DNA of 49,382 bases from Candidatus Buchananbacteria bacterium CG10_big_fil_rev_8_21_14_0_10_33_19. Its GTDB lineage: Bacteria > Patescibacteriota > Patescibacteriia > 2-01-FULL-39-33. The position numbers were made by a program, and so were the translations under genes. The notes under the pieces were generated by a model, which saw only the letters and a list, made by a program, of their open reading frames with translations, was not told the origin of the DNA and ran no database searches. Shown here one piece after another: positions 35,711 to 46,000 of the stretch (the first letter of the stretch is position 1; each line of letters starts with the position of its first letter). The DNA is taken from assembly GCA_002773855.1 (NCBI GenBank), contig PEZY01000002.1, positions 1 through 49,382 of the forward strand, written 5' to 3'.

Positions 35711-36451
35711 TTAGAAGTAGCGTTTTTTGCCAACGATAATTTTTATTTTTTTAGGTTCTACACTAACATCAGCTGGAGTTTTGATTATCTTTTTTTCATC
35801 ACTTAGAAATATTGGTATAGTTTTATCACCAGTAATTCTAATGTTTTTATTTCTAAAGAAACTCATAGTTGCTTGGTTTTTACGAAATATCTTTTTTTGA
35901 ATACTTTCAATAAAAATTTCTAATTTACCATCACTAGGATCACTGGCTATATTGTAGTAATTATTTAAATTACTAATATAAATAATATTATTATTTTCTT
36001 GAAGGTTGATAAAATAATTTTTATCACACTCTAAAGTGATGTTTTTGCCACCAATTTCTAATGATGTTAGAAAATAATAATTATTTATTTTGCCCAAATC
36101 TAACTTTTTAATGATTCTAGAAGATATGATATCACAAGCAGCGTCTTCTAATGGAATGCCAAGCAGTTTAGCAATATTGTTATTTGGACCAATTGGAATT
36201 ATGCCAATAATTACGTTAAATTCAGCTATTAAATTAATTACCTGTCCAATTGTCTTGTCATCGCCAACTACAATTATAGTTTTAACCCCTCTTTTAATCT
36301 CTTCAGTTAAAACTTGGTTAATATTTTTTAAGAAAGATAAACGATTTATTTTCCCGTTTATACCAAGATCAGTTAATCTAGTTTCGATTCTGGCAATAAT
36401 GTTATTATATTTTTTATCATTAAATTTTGAATCATATAAGTAATAATACAT
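35711..36451 (-). CDS. Diacylglycerol/lipid kinase family protein (DAGK catalytic domain fold)
   Basis: TIIVVGDDKTIGQVINLI sits at the position of the GGDGT loop (degenerate here). 246 aa. Confidence 0.65.
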   Translation of the reverse strand: MYYYLYDSKFNDKKYNNIIARIETRLTDLGINGKINRLSFLKNINQVLTEEIKRGVKTIIVVGDDKTIGQVINLIAEFNVIIGIIPIGPNNNIAKLLGIPLEDAACDIISSRIIKKLDLGKINNYYFLTSLEIGGKNITLECDKNYFINLQENNNIIYISNLNNYYNIASDPSDGKLEIFIESIQKKIFRKNQATMSFFRNKNIRITGDKTIPIFLSDEKKIIKTPADVSVEPKKIKIIVGKKRYF

Positions 36452-36469
36452 AAAAAATTAAAATGATAG

Positions 36470-36922
36470 TTATTTTTTCTTAGAACCTATTTTGTTTTCA
36501 GTTGTTATTTCTGCAATTTCTTTGGATTTTAAATCTATTTTGCCTTGTTTGGAAAAATCAGGTTTAATTGATTTTTCCTTGGTGGTACCCATTTGACATT
36601 TACCATTTAAAACTGAGCCAGCAGCTATAATTAGAGTACCAACCTTAATATCACCAAATATTTTGGCCGTAGAGGTTAATTCTAGACGGTCACTAATTTT
36701 TAAATTACCTTGTATTTCACCAGAAATTAAGGCATTTTCGGCTGAAATATTGGCAAATATTCTAGATTTTGGACCAACTTTTAAGTTTCTTGAAGTTTTA
36801 ATAGTTCCACAAATCATACCTTCGACTATCACATTGCCTTCAGTTACAAAATCCCCTTCAACCTTTACAGAAGGGCCAATAACTGTTTCTGTTTCATTGG
36901 TTTCAGGTGTTTCTTTAAACAT
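36470..36922 (-). CDS. Bactofilin
   Basis: Beta-helical repeat pattern: VIGPSVKVEGDFVTEGNVIVEGMICGTIKTSRNLKVGPKSRIFANISAENALISGEIQGNL. Confidence 0.85.
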   Translation of the reverse strand: MFKETPETNETETVIGPSVKVEGDFVTEGNVIVEGMICGTIKTSRNLKVGPKSRIFANISAENALISGEIQGNLKISDRLELTSTAKIFGDIKVGTLIIAAGSVLNGKCQMGTTKEKSIKPDFSKQGKIDLKSKEIAEITTENKIGSKKK

Positions 36923-36955
36923 AAATTTGATTTATTAGTTGTAATATTTATACTC

Positions 36956-37007
36956 ATTTTAACCCATATTTGAGACTCTTGTCAAAAATTAATAAATATG
37001 TTATATT
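36956..37007. promoter_or_regulatory. Back-to-back promoters with overlapping -35 boxes (bactofilin on the minus strand, rpsT on the plus strand)
   Basis: Plus strand: TTGTCA (36979-36984), 17-nt spacer, TATATT (37002-37007). Minus strand: TTGACA (36985-36980), 18-nt spacer, TAAAAT (36961-36956). Confidence 0.4.
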
Positions 37008-37105
37008 TCTAGTTGTTAGAAGAGTAAATAGACATTTGATGTGTGTCTCTCCGTTTCAAATATAATTACCTTCCACATTAAAATATTTAATTTAAACTAA
37101 GTTAT

Positions 37106-37369
37106 ATGCCAATTAAAAAATCAGCTATTAAGGCTTTAAGGCAAACCAAAACTAGAACTTTGCGCAATCTTAAAGTAAAAAGAAATGTTAAAGACCTAGT
37201 TAAGCAATCAAATAAATTAATTGAAGCTAAAGAAGCTACTGCAGTTGAAAAAGTAAAAGTCGCAATTAAATCAATTGATAAAGCTGTACAGAAAAAGATT
37301 TTGAAAAAAAATACTGGAGCCAGAAAAAAATCTCGTTTAATGAAAAAATTAAACAAAGTAGCAAAGTAA
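37106..37369 (+). CDS. rpsT: Ribosomal protein S20
   Basis: MPIKKSAIKALRQTKTRTLRNLKVKRNVK... Confidence 0.9.
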   Translation: MPIKKSAIKALRQTKTRTLRNLKVKRNVKDLVKQSNKLIEAKEATAVEKVKVAIKSIDKAVQKKILKKNTGARKKSRLMKKLNKVAK

Positions 37370-37380
37370 TATTATTTTTA

Positions 37381-37410
37381 AAACAACCCCAAATTTTGGG
37401 GTTGTTTTTT
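37381..37410. terminator. Bidirectional terminator
   Basis: AAACAACCCC-AAATTTT-GGGGTTGTTT between the convergent rpsT and holA genes. Confidence 0.7.
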
Positions 37411-37430
37411 GTTATTTATTTTAAATATTC

Positions 37431-38387
37431 TTAACAATTTTTAGTTATAAATAAATCTAATAATAATTCTGGATTTTTTTCACCACTTTTAATTTGTTTT
37501 TCTAGATCTAATATCTCATTAATTATTTTAATTAAACTACTAGCTGTAAAGTTATTACCTTGGTTTTTTACTTTACTAAAAACAAAAGGGTGAATTTTTA
37601 AATTTGTAGCACTAGCGGTTTCTGATTTGGTTTTAAGGATCAATTTAAACTGCCTGTTGATCATCGAGACAATCATTAAAGGGTGGGTGCCAAAGTTTAA
37701 TTGGTTGGTTATTAATTTTAGGGCATTTTTTTTGTCTTTATTACCCAATGTATCTACTAAGGCAAATATATTATCATCAAAATTACTAGTTATATGGGTT
37801 TTAATGTCGGCAGTATTTATATTTTCGTTTAGCTTGTAGGCTGATAATTTTGCTAGTTCATTGGTAATTTGAAATAAATCATTACCAATCCTAATAGTTA
37901 ATTCTCTAATGGCCGAGTCCTCAATTTTAATATTGTGATTAATAGTATATTTTTTTATCCAATTTTCTAATTCTCTACCTTTTATTAAATTAAATTCCCA
38001 AGTATATTCTAATTTTGATAAATATTTAAATAATTCATTAGTTAAGTTTAGTTTATTTTTTTTATCGACTTTGTTTTTTTCACTATCAATAAAATCTATA
38101 AAACAAATAATATTATCAATTCTAGTAGTATTTTCTTTTAGAAAATTAACAATTTCTTTACCAAGTTTTTTATCACCAAGGCTATTTTTGATAATAACCA
38201 TTTTTTTATCACCTAAAAATGGTGTAGTTAAAGTTTCTTGGTATAATTGATTTAAATCTAATTTTTCACCATCTAAATCAACCACGTTTAAACCGGATTT
38301 ATCTCGTTTTTGAATAAAACCTTCTTTAAGTTCTTTTAATTTTTGATTAACCAAATAATGGTCAGTACCCAGTATTGTAAAAATCAT
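37431..38387 (-). CDS. holA: DNA polymerase III delta subunit
   Basis: 318 aa. N-terminus typical of the family (ILGTDHYLVNQKL). Located directly downstream of polA. Confidence 0.7.
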   Translation of the reverse strand: MIFTILGTDHYLVNQKLKELKEGFIQKRDKSGLNVVDLDGEKLDLNQLYQETLTTPFLGDKKMVIIKNSLGDKKLGKEIVNFLKENTTRIDNIICFIDFIDSEKNKVDKKNKLNLTNELFKYLSKLEYTWEFNLIKGRELENWIKKYTINHNIKIEDSAIRELTIRIGNDLFQITNELAKLSAYKLNENINTADIKTHITSNFDDNIFALVDTLGNKDKKNALKLITNQLNFGTHPLMIVSMINRQFKLILKTKSETASATNLKIHPFVFSKVKNQGNNFTASSLIKIINEILDLEKQIKSGEKNPELLLDLFITKNC

Positions 38388-38390
38388 TTT

Positions 38391-41141
38391 TTAATTATCG
38401 TATTTTTCGGTTGTGCCCCAATTTTTACCAATTTTAATTTCAGTCTCAATTGGTACCCTGAGTTTATATATGTTATTCATGGTATTTTTAATAAACTTAC
38501 TTACTTTGTCTAAATCCTCATCTTTAACTTCAAATACCAACTCATCATGAACCTGTAAGACCATTTTAGTCTCCGGTGAAATTTTTGGCAATTCTTTGTA
38601 AATAGCAATCATCGCTAATTTAATTATATCGGCTTGAGTCCCTTGTATTGGCATATTAACAGCCATTCGTTCAGCTTGAGACCGCATTTGTGGAATACTG
38701 GAATTTATTTCTGGTAGGTATCGACGACGACCATAAAGTGTTTCGACATAACCTTTTTCTTTAGCAATAACCACAGTTTCTTCTAACCATTTTTTAACCT
38801 CTTTGAAGGTATTAAAATATTTAGAGATAAAATTTTTAGCGTCGTTATGAGAAATACCAGTTCTAGTAGCTAAGCCCCAGGCTCCCATACCATAAAGTAC
38901 CCCAAAATTTATTTCTTTGGCGGTACGACGTATTTCTTTTGTTACTTCTTCTGGTTTTAGATTGTTAATTAAGGCCGCTGTCATAGTATGAATATCACCA
39001 CCAGATAGAAATATATTCATCATTTCTCGATCATTAGCTAAGGAGGCAATAATACGCAACTCCATTTGAGAATAATCAGCTTTAAGGATTTTAAAACCCG
39101 GCTCAGCAATAAAAGCCCGTCTTATTTTTTGACCACGTTTAGTTCTAATTGGGATATTTTGTAGATTCGGGTTTGATGACGATAATCGGCCAGTAGCGGC
39201 TACTGTTTGATTAAAACTAGTATGAACTCGATTATCTTTTTGATTTATTAATTTTGGCAGAGCATCTAAATAAGTACTTTTTAACTTAGCTAATTCTCTA
39301 AATTCTAAAATCATATCAATAACTTTGTGTTGACCTTTTAATTTTTCTAATTCACCAGCCGCTGTGGAAATCCCAGTTTTAGTTTTTGAAATACCAATCG
39401 TTGATATTTTTAATTTATCAAATAATATTTCCTTAAGCTGTAATGGTGAAGATATATTAAATTCGCTACCAACAGCTTTAAATATTTTTTTCTCTAATAT
39501 TTTTAAATCATAATCTGTTTCTTTGGCTAATTCAGTTAATAATTTTAAATCTAGGTTTACGCCATTTTTTTCAATATCAGCTAGCACTTCAATTAGAGGC
39601 ATTTCTAATTCTTCAAATAAGCCAAACATACCTTCATCGTCTAGATCTTTTTTTAATTTTTGGTAAATTTGATAGGTCATATCAGCATCTTCACAGGAAT
39701 ACCAAGACAATTTTTCTACCGGTACATCAGCCATGCTAATTTGATTTTTACCAGTACCAATTAAATCTTCTATTGGCTGCATTTGATAACCTAGTTCAGT
39801 AAAAGCTACTGTGTCTAAATTGTGTTGGCGATTACCAGGATTTAATAAATAAGAAGCGATCATAGTATCAAAATATAAGCCATTTATTTTAAAACCATTT
39901 TGTTCTAAAATTTCTAAATCATATTTTATATTATGGCCAATTTTTTTAATGTCTTTATTTTTAAAAATTGGGATTAATTCTTTTTTAATTTGGTTTAGTG
40001 ATTGAATTGGTAAGTAAAAGGCTGTGTTTTTCTGCCAAGAAAAGCTAACACCTAATAACTCAGCCATAAAAGCATCAACTGATGTCGTTTCGGTGTCAAA
40101 ACAAAATTCACTTTGTTTTTTAAGTTCGGTTAAAAAAATATTAAGCTTTTTGGTATCAGTGATTAATTGATATTTTTGATCTTGGTTGGTTTTATTTTGT
40201 TTAATGTCTTGGTTAAATAAACTTTCTTGACCACCTTTAATTTGAAAATCAGAATCTAATACTGATAATTGGGTCATTAATCTTTTAAAATTAAGATCTT
40301 GAAAAAGTTTAATTATTTTAGATTTATCAAAGCCACCAAGTTTACAGTCTTCCAATTTAAATTTAATTGGCACGTCAACAATAATTGTGGCCAATTTTTG
40401 TGACATAAAAGCATCTTTTTTATATTCCATTAATAATTTTTTGTTGCGCTCACTAATTTTATTGGAATTTAAATTTTTGTATAAATTATCCAAATTTTTA
40501 AATTCATTTAATAAATTAATAGCACCTTTTTGACCAATGCCACGAACTCCAGGAATATTATCAGAAGGATCACCACGTAACGCTTTATAGTCTATTAGTT
40601 GGTTTGGTTTTAAGCCTTCAAATTTTTCTTCAATTAATTTTTCGTTGTATAAAATAGTTTCGCCCAGCCCCTTATGAGGTGAAAAAACCATAGTGTTACT
40701 ATCAATTAACTGAAATGTGTCTTGATCACCAGTAATAATAATAGTATCGATGTCTGGTCGATCAACGCTTTTAAGGTGAGAAATTGTGCCGATTAAATCG
40801 TCAGCTTCAAAGCCTGGTTTTTCAAAAATTGGAATATTAAAAACTGCTAAAACATCTTTAATAATAGGTATTTGATTATATAGTTCATCTGGCTGTTTAA
40901 CTCGGCCAGCTTTATATTCTGCAAATTCTTCATGTCTAAAGGTTTTGCCTTTTAAATCAAAAGTGGCCACTATATAATCTGGCTTTAAGTCCTTTAGAGC
41001 TTTAAGTAGGATAGCGGTAAAACCATAAACCGCATTAACAATCGCTCCATCTTTAGTGGTTAGTGGTGGAATAGCGTGAAACGCTCTGTGAACCAAAGCG
41101 TTACCGTCTATAACAGCTAGTTTTTGTTTTTCGAATTTCAT
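38391..41141 (-). CDS. polA: DNA polymerase I
   Basis: 5' nuclease N-terminus (VIDGNALVHRAFHA), 3'-5' exonuclease region (FDTETTS), polymerase motifs DYSQMELRI and QVHDELVFE. Confidence 0.95.
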   Translation of the reverse strand: MKFEKQKLAVIDGNALVHRAFHAIPPLTTKDGAIVNAVYGFTAILLKALKDLKPDYIVATFDLKGKTFRHEEFAEYKAGRVKQPDELYNQIPIIKDVLAVFNIPIFEKPGFEADDLIGTISHLKSVDRPDIDTIIITGDQDTFQLIDSNTMVFSPHKGLGETILYNEKLIEEKFEGLKPNQLIDYKALRGDPSDNIPGVRGIGQKGAINLLNEFKNLDNLYKNLNSNKISERNKKLLMEYKKDAFMSQKLATIIVDVPIKFKLEDCKLGGFDKSKIIKLFQDLNFKRLMTQLSVLDSDFQIKGGQESLFNQDIKQNKTNQDQKYQLITDTKKLNIFLTELKKQSEFCFDTETTSVDAFMAELLGVSFSWQKNTAFYLPIQSLNQIKKELIPIFKNKDIKKIGHNIKYDLEILEQNGFKINGLYFDTMIASYLLNPGNRQHNLDTVAFTELGYQMQPIEDLIGTGKNQISMADVPVEKLSWYSCEDADMTYQIYQKLKKDLDDEGMFGLFEELEMPLIEVLADIEKNGVNLDLKLLTELAKETDYDLKILEKKIFKAVGSEFNISSPLQLKEILFDKLKISTIGISKTKTGISTAAGELEKLKGQHKVIDMILEFRELAKLKSTYLDALPKLINQKDNRVHTSFNQTVAATGRLSSSNPNLQNIPIRTKRGQKIRRAFIAEPGFKILKADYSQMELRIIASLANDREMMNIFLSGGDIHTMTAALINNLKPEEVTKEIRRTAKEINFGVLYGMGAWGLATRTGISHNDAKNFISKYFNTFKEVKKWLEETVVIAKEKGYVETLYGRRRYLPEINSSIPQMRSQAERMAVNMPIQGTQADIIKLAMIAIYKELPKISPETKMVLQVHDELVFEVKDEDLDKVSKFIKNTMNNIYKLRVPIETEIKIGKNWGTTEKYDN

Positions 41142-41199
41142 AGGGGTAGTATAGCATTTTAAAAAGAGTCATGAAATAGTGTTTATTAATTAATAAATA

Positions 41200-41228
41200 T
41201 TGACATTTTATTAAAAAAAATGTAAATT
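41200..41228 (+). promoter_or_regulatory. Sigma70-type promoter
   Basis: TTGACA (41200-41205), 17-nt spacer, TAAATT (41223-41228). Confidence 0.45.
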
Positions 41229-41277
41229 AAACAAAACTTTTTGGTACTTTAAAATCTAACCAAGAGAGGATGTAGTC

Positions 41278-42435
41278 ATGTTATTGGGTATAATGGGTGA
41301 TACTCACAATGTTGATTCTTCTATAGTTAAAAAAGTAGCTCAAGATCTAAAAAAACGCGGAGCTGAAATAATTATTCACACTGGTGATATTGAAGCTCAA
41401 CATTTAGATGTAAATCTTTTTTGTGGTTTGCCAGTTGTTTGTGTTTTAACAGAAATGCAACAGTTTGATCGAGATTTTACTTTTCCGCCACACGGCTGGA
41501 TGTTTACCAGACCAGGTGACAGTGTAATTAATAGAAGTGACCGAGATCAGCAAATTTTAGAAGATAGAATTGTCAGTAAATTAGCTGTGGCTAATCGCAT
41601 TGTAAACTTAGGTGAAGTTGTAATTTATGCTGGGCATAAACGCTCTATTGATACTTTAATGAACAGTGCTAAATTTAGTGAATTTATTAAATTATTAAAT
41701 GATACCTTTGATGGTGTGCGCTTTGTGTTTACTGGTCATACCCACCATCAATTTTTAATTCAAACTACAAACTGTTTTTGGATTAATCCAGGGGCAGTTA
41801 CTCCATCTTTTTTTGATCACGAATATGCACTAGTAGATACTATTAAAAATGAAGTAGTGTTTACTAGATTATCACCGACAATTTCTGATACTAAACCACA
41901 AACCATTGGCATTATTTCTAATACTGGTAATATTTCGGATCGAGATAATCAATTTTGGCAACAATTAGCCATTGAATTTCATGAAAGAGATGTTTCTATT
42001 GTAATTATTGATGGTGGCTTTAGAGCCAGTGATATTGGTAGGCCAGAATTAGTTGATTTTCAAGTGTTTTATGATCTATTACCTTCAACTAAAGATAATT
42101 CAAATAAGCCAGATAATTGGCATTTAATTCCCAATGATAATCCAGTTTTAGAAATTTGCAGACATCAATTTTTAATTCAGCATAAATTAGGCTTTGATTT
42201 AGCTGGTAAAACAGAAGTGGATATGGTGAAGTGCATTTACGCTGAAACCAAAAAATATCAGCATATTGATATTGTGGTCTGTGGTGGAATCCATGATGCC
42301 TTATTTGATGAACAACAAGAGGTGATGATTATTAATCCTGGTGACGCTAGAAATCATCGAAAATTTGTCACTGTTTGTTTTCCTCGTTGTGAAATAACTT
42401 ATTCATCTGTGCGGTTAGGCAGCAATCAAATATAA
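41278..42435 (+). CDS. Tandem YfcE-like metallophosphoesterase; the second half is degenerate
   Basis: First half: GIMGDTHN, IIHTGDI, GHTHHQF. Second half, at the equivalent positions: GIISNTGN, VIIDGG, CGGIHDALF. Confidence 0.75.
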   Translation: MLLGIMGDTHNVDSSIVKKVAQDLKKRGAEIIIHTGDIEAQHLDVNLFCGLPVVCVLTEMQQFDRDFTFPPHGWMFTRPGDSVINRSDRDQQILEDRIVSKLAVANRIVNLGEVVIYAGHKRSIDTLMNSAKFSEFIKLLNDTFDGVRFVFTGHTHHQFLIQTTNCFWINPGAVTPSFFDHEYALVDTIKNEVVFTRLSPTISDTKPQTIGIISNTGNISDRDNQFWQQLAIEFHERDVSIVIIDGGFRASDIGRPELVDFQVFYDLLPSTKDNSNKPDNWHLIPNDNPVLEICRHQFLIQHKLGFDLAGKTEVDMVKCIYAETKKYQHIDIVVCGGIHDALFDEQQEVMIINPGDARNHRKFVTVCFPRCEITYSSVRLGSNQI

Positions 42436-42470
42436 AAAATACCCCAGTGTATATAAACACTGGGGTTTTT
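42435..42470. terminator. Bidirectional terminator
   Basis: A 10-bp stem ACCCCAGTGT/ACACTGGGGT with flanking A/T runs. Confidence 0.7.
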
Positions 42471-42473
42471 GAT

Positions 42474-42881
42474 TTAGTTATTGTGGTCATATCTCTGACA
42501 AACTTCCTTGGCTGCAAAGGTTTTTAGATTGACCATTGTCCAAATTGGAGACTGATTGTCCAAAACAAGTTCGGGTTTAGAATTGTTAAATCTTTTAATA
42601 TAAAACCAGTATTCTTTAATTTCATCACCAGTTTCATTATTGTAAGAAATATTTATTTTAGCAATTATGGTCCCGGTAATTATTCCAGATTCTAAAATAT
42701 TTGGATCTGAATCAATATTTTCAATTTTATTTAAATCAATACTGGTATTGTCGATTTGATTATTATTTTTATTATCATTAATAGCGTGCTTTACCTGAGG
42801 AATAACTATGGAAATGATTATGGCCGTAATAGCTATAACAACCATTATATCAACCAAACTAAAACCTTTACGCCTGTTCAT
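42474..42881 (-). CDS. Type IV pilin/pseudopilin-like protein (prepilin N-terminal motif)
   Basis: MNRRKG|FSLVDIMVVIAITAIII. Class III signal with Asp at the +5 position instead of Glu. Its promoter is TTGACA, 17-nt spacer, TAATCT (42954-42926, minus strand). Confidence 0.7.
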   Translation of the reverse strand: MNRRKGFSLVDIMVVIAITAIIISIVIPQVKHAINDNKNNNQIDNTSIDLNKIENIDSDPNILESGIITGTIIAKINISYNNETGDEIKEYWFYIKRFNNSKPELVLDNQSPIWTMVNLKTFAAKEVCQRYDHNN

Positions 42882-43033
42882 GTGTGATCTCCCTTTTTTG
42901 ATTGAAAAGTACTAATTAATGTTTAAGATTATCAATAAATATGGTCTTTGTCAATCCTAGATTTTTTTGTTAAAATTAAAACAAATAATAAAGCTATAGT
43001 TGCTTTTGTTTTTTTGATTAAAATAGTAAAAAC

Positions 43034-46000
43034 ATGTATTTACAAAGAATAGAATTACAGGGCTTTAAATCTTTTGCTAATAAGACTATTTTAGAATTTC
43101 CAGCACCAGCCTTAAATAAAAAATCTTCTAATCAAGACATAAAAAATGTTTGTGGGATTACTGCCATAGTTGGCCCTAATGGTTCTGGTAAGTCTAATGT
43201 GGTGGATGCGGTGCGCTGGGTGTTAGGTGAACAAAGTTTAAAGTTATTACGTGGTAAAAAATCAACTGATATTATATTTTCTGGCTCAGCTAAGAAAACT
43301 CAAATGGGCTTAGCTGAAGTGTCTTTGTATTTAAATAACGAAGATAATTTAGCGCCAATTGATTATAGTGAAATAGTAATTACTCGTAAATTATATCGTG
43401 ATGGAGAAAGTGAATATTTATTAAACAAAAATTCAGTGCGTTTGTTTGATATTATTATGTTGCTGGCTAAAGCCAATTTTGGACAAAATACCTATAGTAT
43501 TATTGGTCAGGGCATGGTAGATAAAATTGTTAATTATTCTAGTCAAGAAAGAAAAGAATTTTTTGATGAAGCAACTGGCGTTAAGCAATTTCAAATAAAA
43601 CGCGATCGCTCAGTTAATAAGCTTAAAAAATCTAGAGAAAACTTAGCCCAGGCTCAGACTCTGATAAATGAATTAGAACCACATCTTAAAATGTTGACCA
43701 GACAGGTAAATAGATTACGTAAACGACAAGAAATAGAAGTGGAATTAAAAGAGGCTTGGGAAAAATATTATGGTAAGCAGTGGTTAGAATTAGATGATTC
43801 TTACAAAGAATTAATAATTTCTGTGACCTCTTATGATAAAAATAAATTAAAATTAGAACAAGAAATTGAAATTTTACAGGATAAGTTAAATATTTTAAGT
43901 GAAGAGAATAGTCGCAGTGAAGAGTTTGACAAATTACAAAAAGAATACAATAAATTAACAGAAGATAAAAATAATATCTTAAAAGATCTAACGGTAACTA
44001 GTGGTAAATTAGATTTAGAATATTCTAAGGTCGGTAAACAAAATTTATCTTGGTTAGAGGGTAGAAAAAATGAATTAAAAAAAAGATTATTGGAAATCAA
44101 TGAGGAATTGGATAGTTATAAATTAAAAATAAATATTAAAAAGAAAGATTTATCTGAATTAGAATCTAATATAAACAAGATAAATAATGAATTAACAGTT
44201 TCTCAAAATAATTTACAAATCATCCAAGAAGAACTTTATAAAACCAGAGGTAGTGAAAAAAATAATTATTTTCTAGAATCTATTAAATCTGTTTTAAGAC
44301 AAAAGAATAATATTTCTGGTATTTATGGTACTGTTGGTGAAATTGGCAAAATAGATAAAAAATATGAAACTGCCTTAGCCACAGCAGTAGGTAGTAGGAT
44401 TTGGGGTATAATTGTAGAATCTGATGAGGTGGCAGTTAAATGTATTAATTATCTGAAAGCGAACAAGCTATCATCCTTAACTTTTTTCCCTTTAAATAAA
44501 ATTAAGAGCTACCCCATTGATATGTATAGTGACAACCATTCTGGTTCTTTGGGCATGGCCATTGATTTAATAAGCTATGCTGATAAATTTGAAAAGGTTT
44601 TTCAGCATATTTTAGGTGATACTTTGGTAGTACAAAATGCCGAAGACGCTAGAAACATTGGTATCGGTAGTCGTCGCATGGTTACTTTGGATGGCGATAT
44701 GTTTGAAAAAACCGGTGTCATGAGAGGTGGCTATAGGCGACAAGGTTCAGTAACTTGGACTGTTTTAGTAGATAATAAATTAATCACTCAAGAAGAAAGA
44801 ATTAAAGAATTTGCTAATCTGAAATCGGATATTGAAAGTAAACATAGAGTTCGTGATAATATTATTTCTCAAATGAATGATTTACGAGTAGAAATTAGAT
44901 TAAGCGAAGATAAAATTAACAATTTAAATATTGAATTATCTGCTTTTAAAAAAGAACAAGATAAAATAGATGGTGATATAAAAGAAAGTAGCTTAACCCC
45001 AGAAGAAAGGAATAAATTTTCTGATGAATTAATAACTCAAAAAAATAAATTAGAAAAAGACAGTTTAGACATAGAAAAACAAGTATTAACCGCTAGAAAA
45101 AAAATAGATCAATTTAATTCTGCAGAAGAAGAAAAAAAGAAAGAAGTTTTCTCATTACAACAGAATATGCATTTACAACAAATAGATTTAAATAATGTAG
45201 TTAATTTATTAAATGAAGTTAGAATAAAATTAGCCAAGGTGGAAACTAAAAAAGAAGATTTGTTTTTGACCATGAGACAAGATTTAGGTGATGACTATCG
45301 GCCAAAAACCAATATTGATTTTACAGATATTGATTTATTGGAATTGGAAAATATTATTAATAAATGTAAAAAACAATTGGAATTAATCGGTGGTACTGAT
45401 CCAGAAGTAGAGAAAGAGTATATTGAAGTTCAAGAAAGATTTGATTTTCTGTCTTCACAGAGTATTGATTTGGATAAAGCCATTGGTGATTTAGAGAAGG
45501 TGGTAGTGGAGTTGGATAAAATAATTAAAAAACAATTTGAAGGTGAATTTAAAAAAATTAATGCAGATTTTTCTAGATTCTTTAAAAAGTTATTTGATGG
45601 CGGAGCTGCTAAATTAGTTTTAGTACAAAAAGATTTAACTGAAGCTGAACAGATTAAAGAGGAGATAGAACATATGGAATTAACTGATCAAATAGTAGAG
45701 ATTAATAACCCAGAAAAAACAGAAATACACATAGAAGATAGGTCATTCTTAGCCAATATGGGTATTGATATTGAAGCTTGCCCACCTGGTAAAAAAATCA
45801 AAAATATTAATGTGTTATCTGGTGGTGAAAAAACTATGACTGCTTTGGCGCTAGTTTGTTCCATTATTTCCAATAATCCGTCGCCATTTATTTTGTTTGA
45901 TGAGGTGGACGCGGCTCTAGACGAAGAAAACTCTAGGAAATTTAGTGATATTATTGAAGAATTATCACATAAGACTCAATTTATTACTATTACTCATAAT

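Noticed and set aside
36090-36938. Plus-strand ORFs 36090-36443 and 36663-36938
   Set aside because: They are antisense shadows of the lipid-kinase-like and bactofilin genes, both of which have clear family motifs.
37102-37356. 84-aa ORF antisense to rpsT. The same reasoning applies to 8385-8696, 9576-10256, 12002-12277, 15148-15339, 19329-19535, 20823-21014, 23195-23383, 26887-27186, 30055-30357, 37627-37839, 43831-44100 and 45688-45873.
   Set aside because: All lie fully inside, and antisense to, longer genes with recognisable homolog motifs. Such ORFs are typical of AT-rich sequence, where stop codons are rare on the reverse strand of Lys/Asn/Ile-rich genes.
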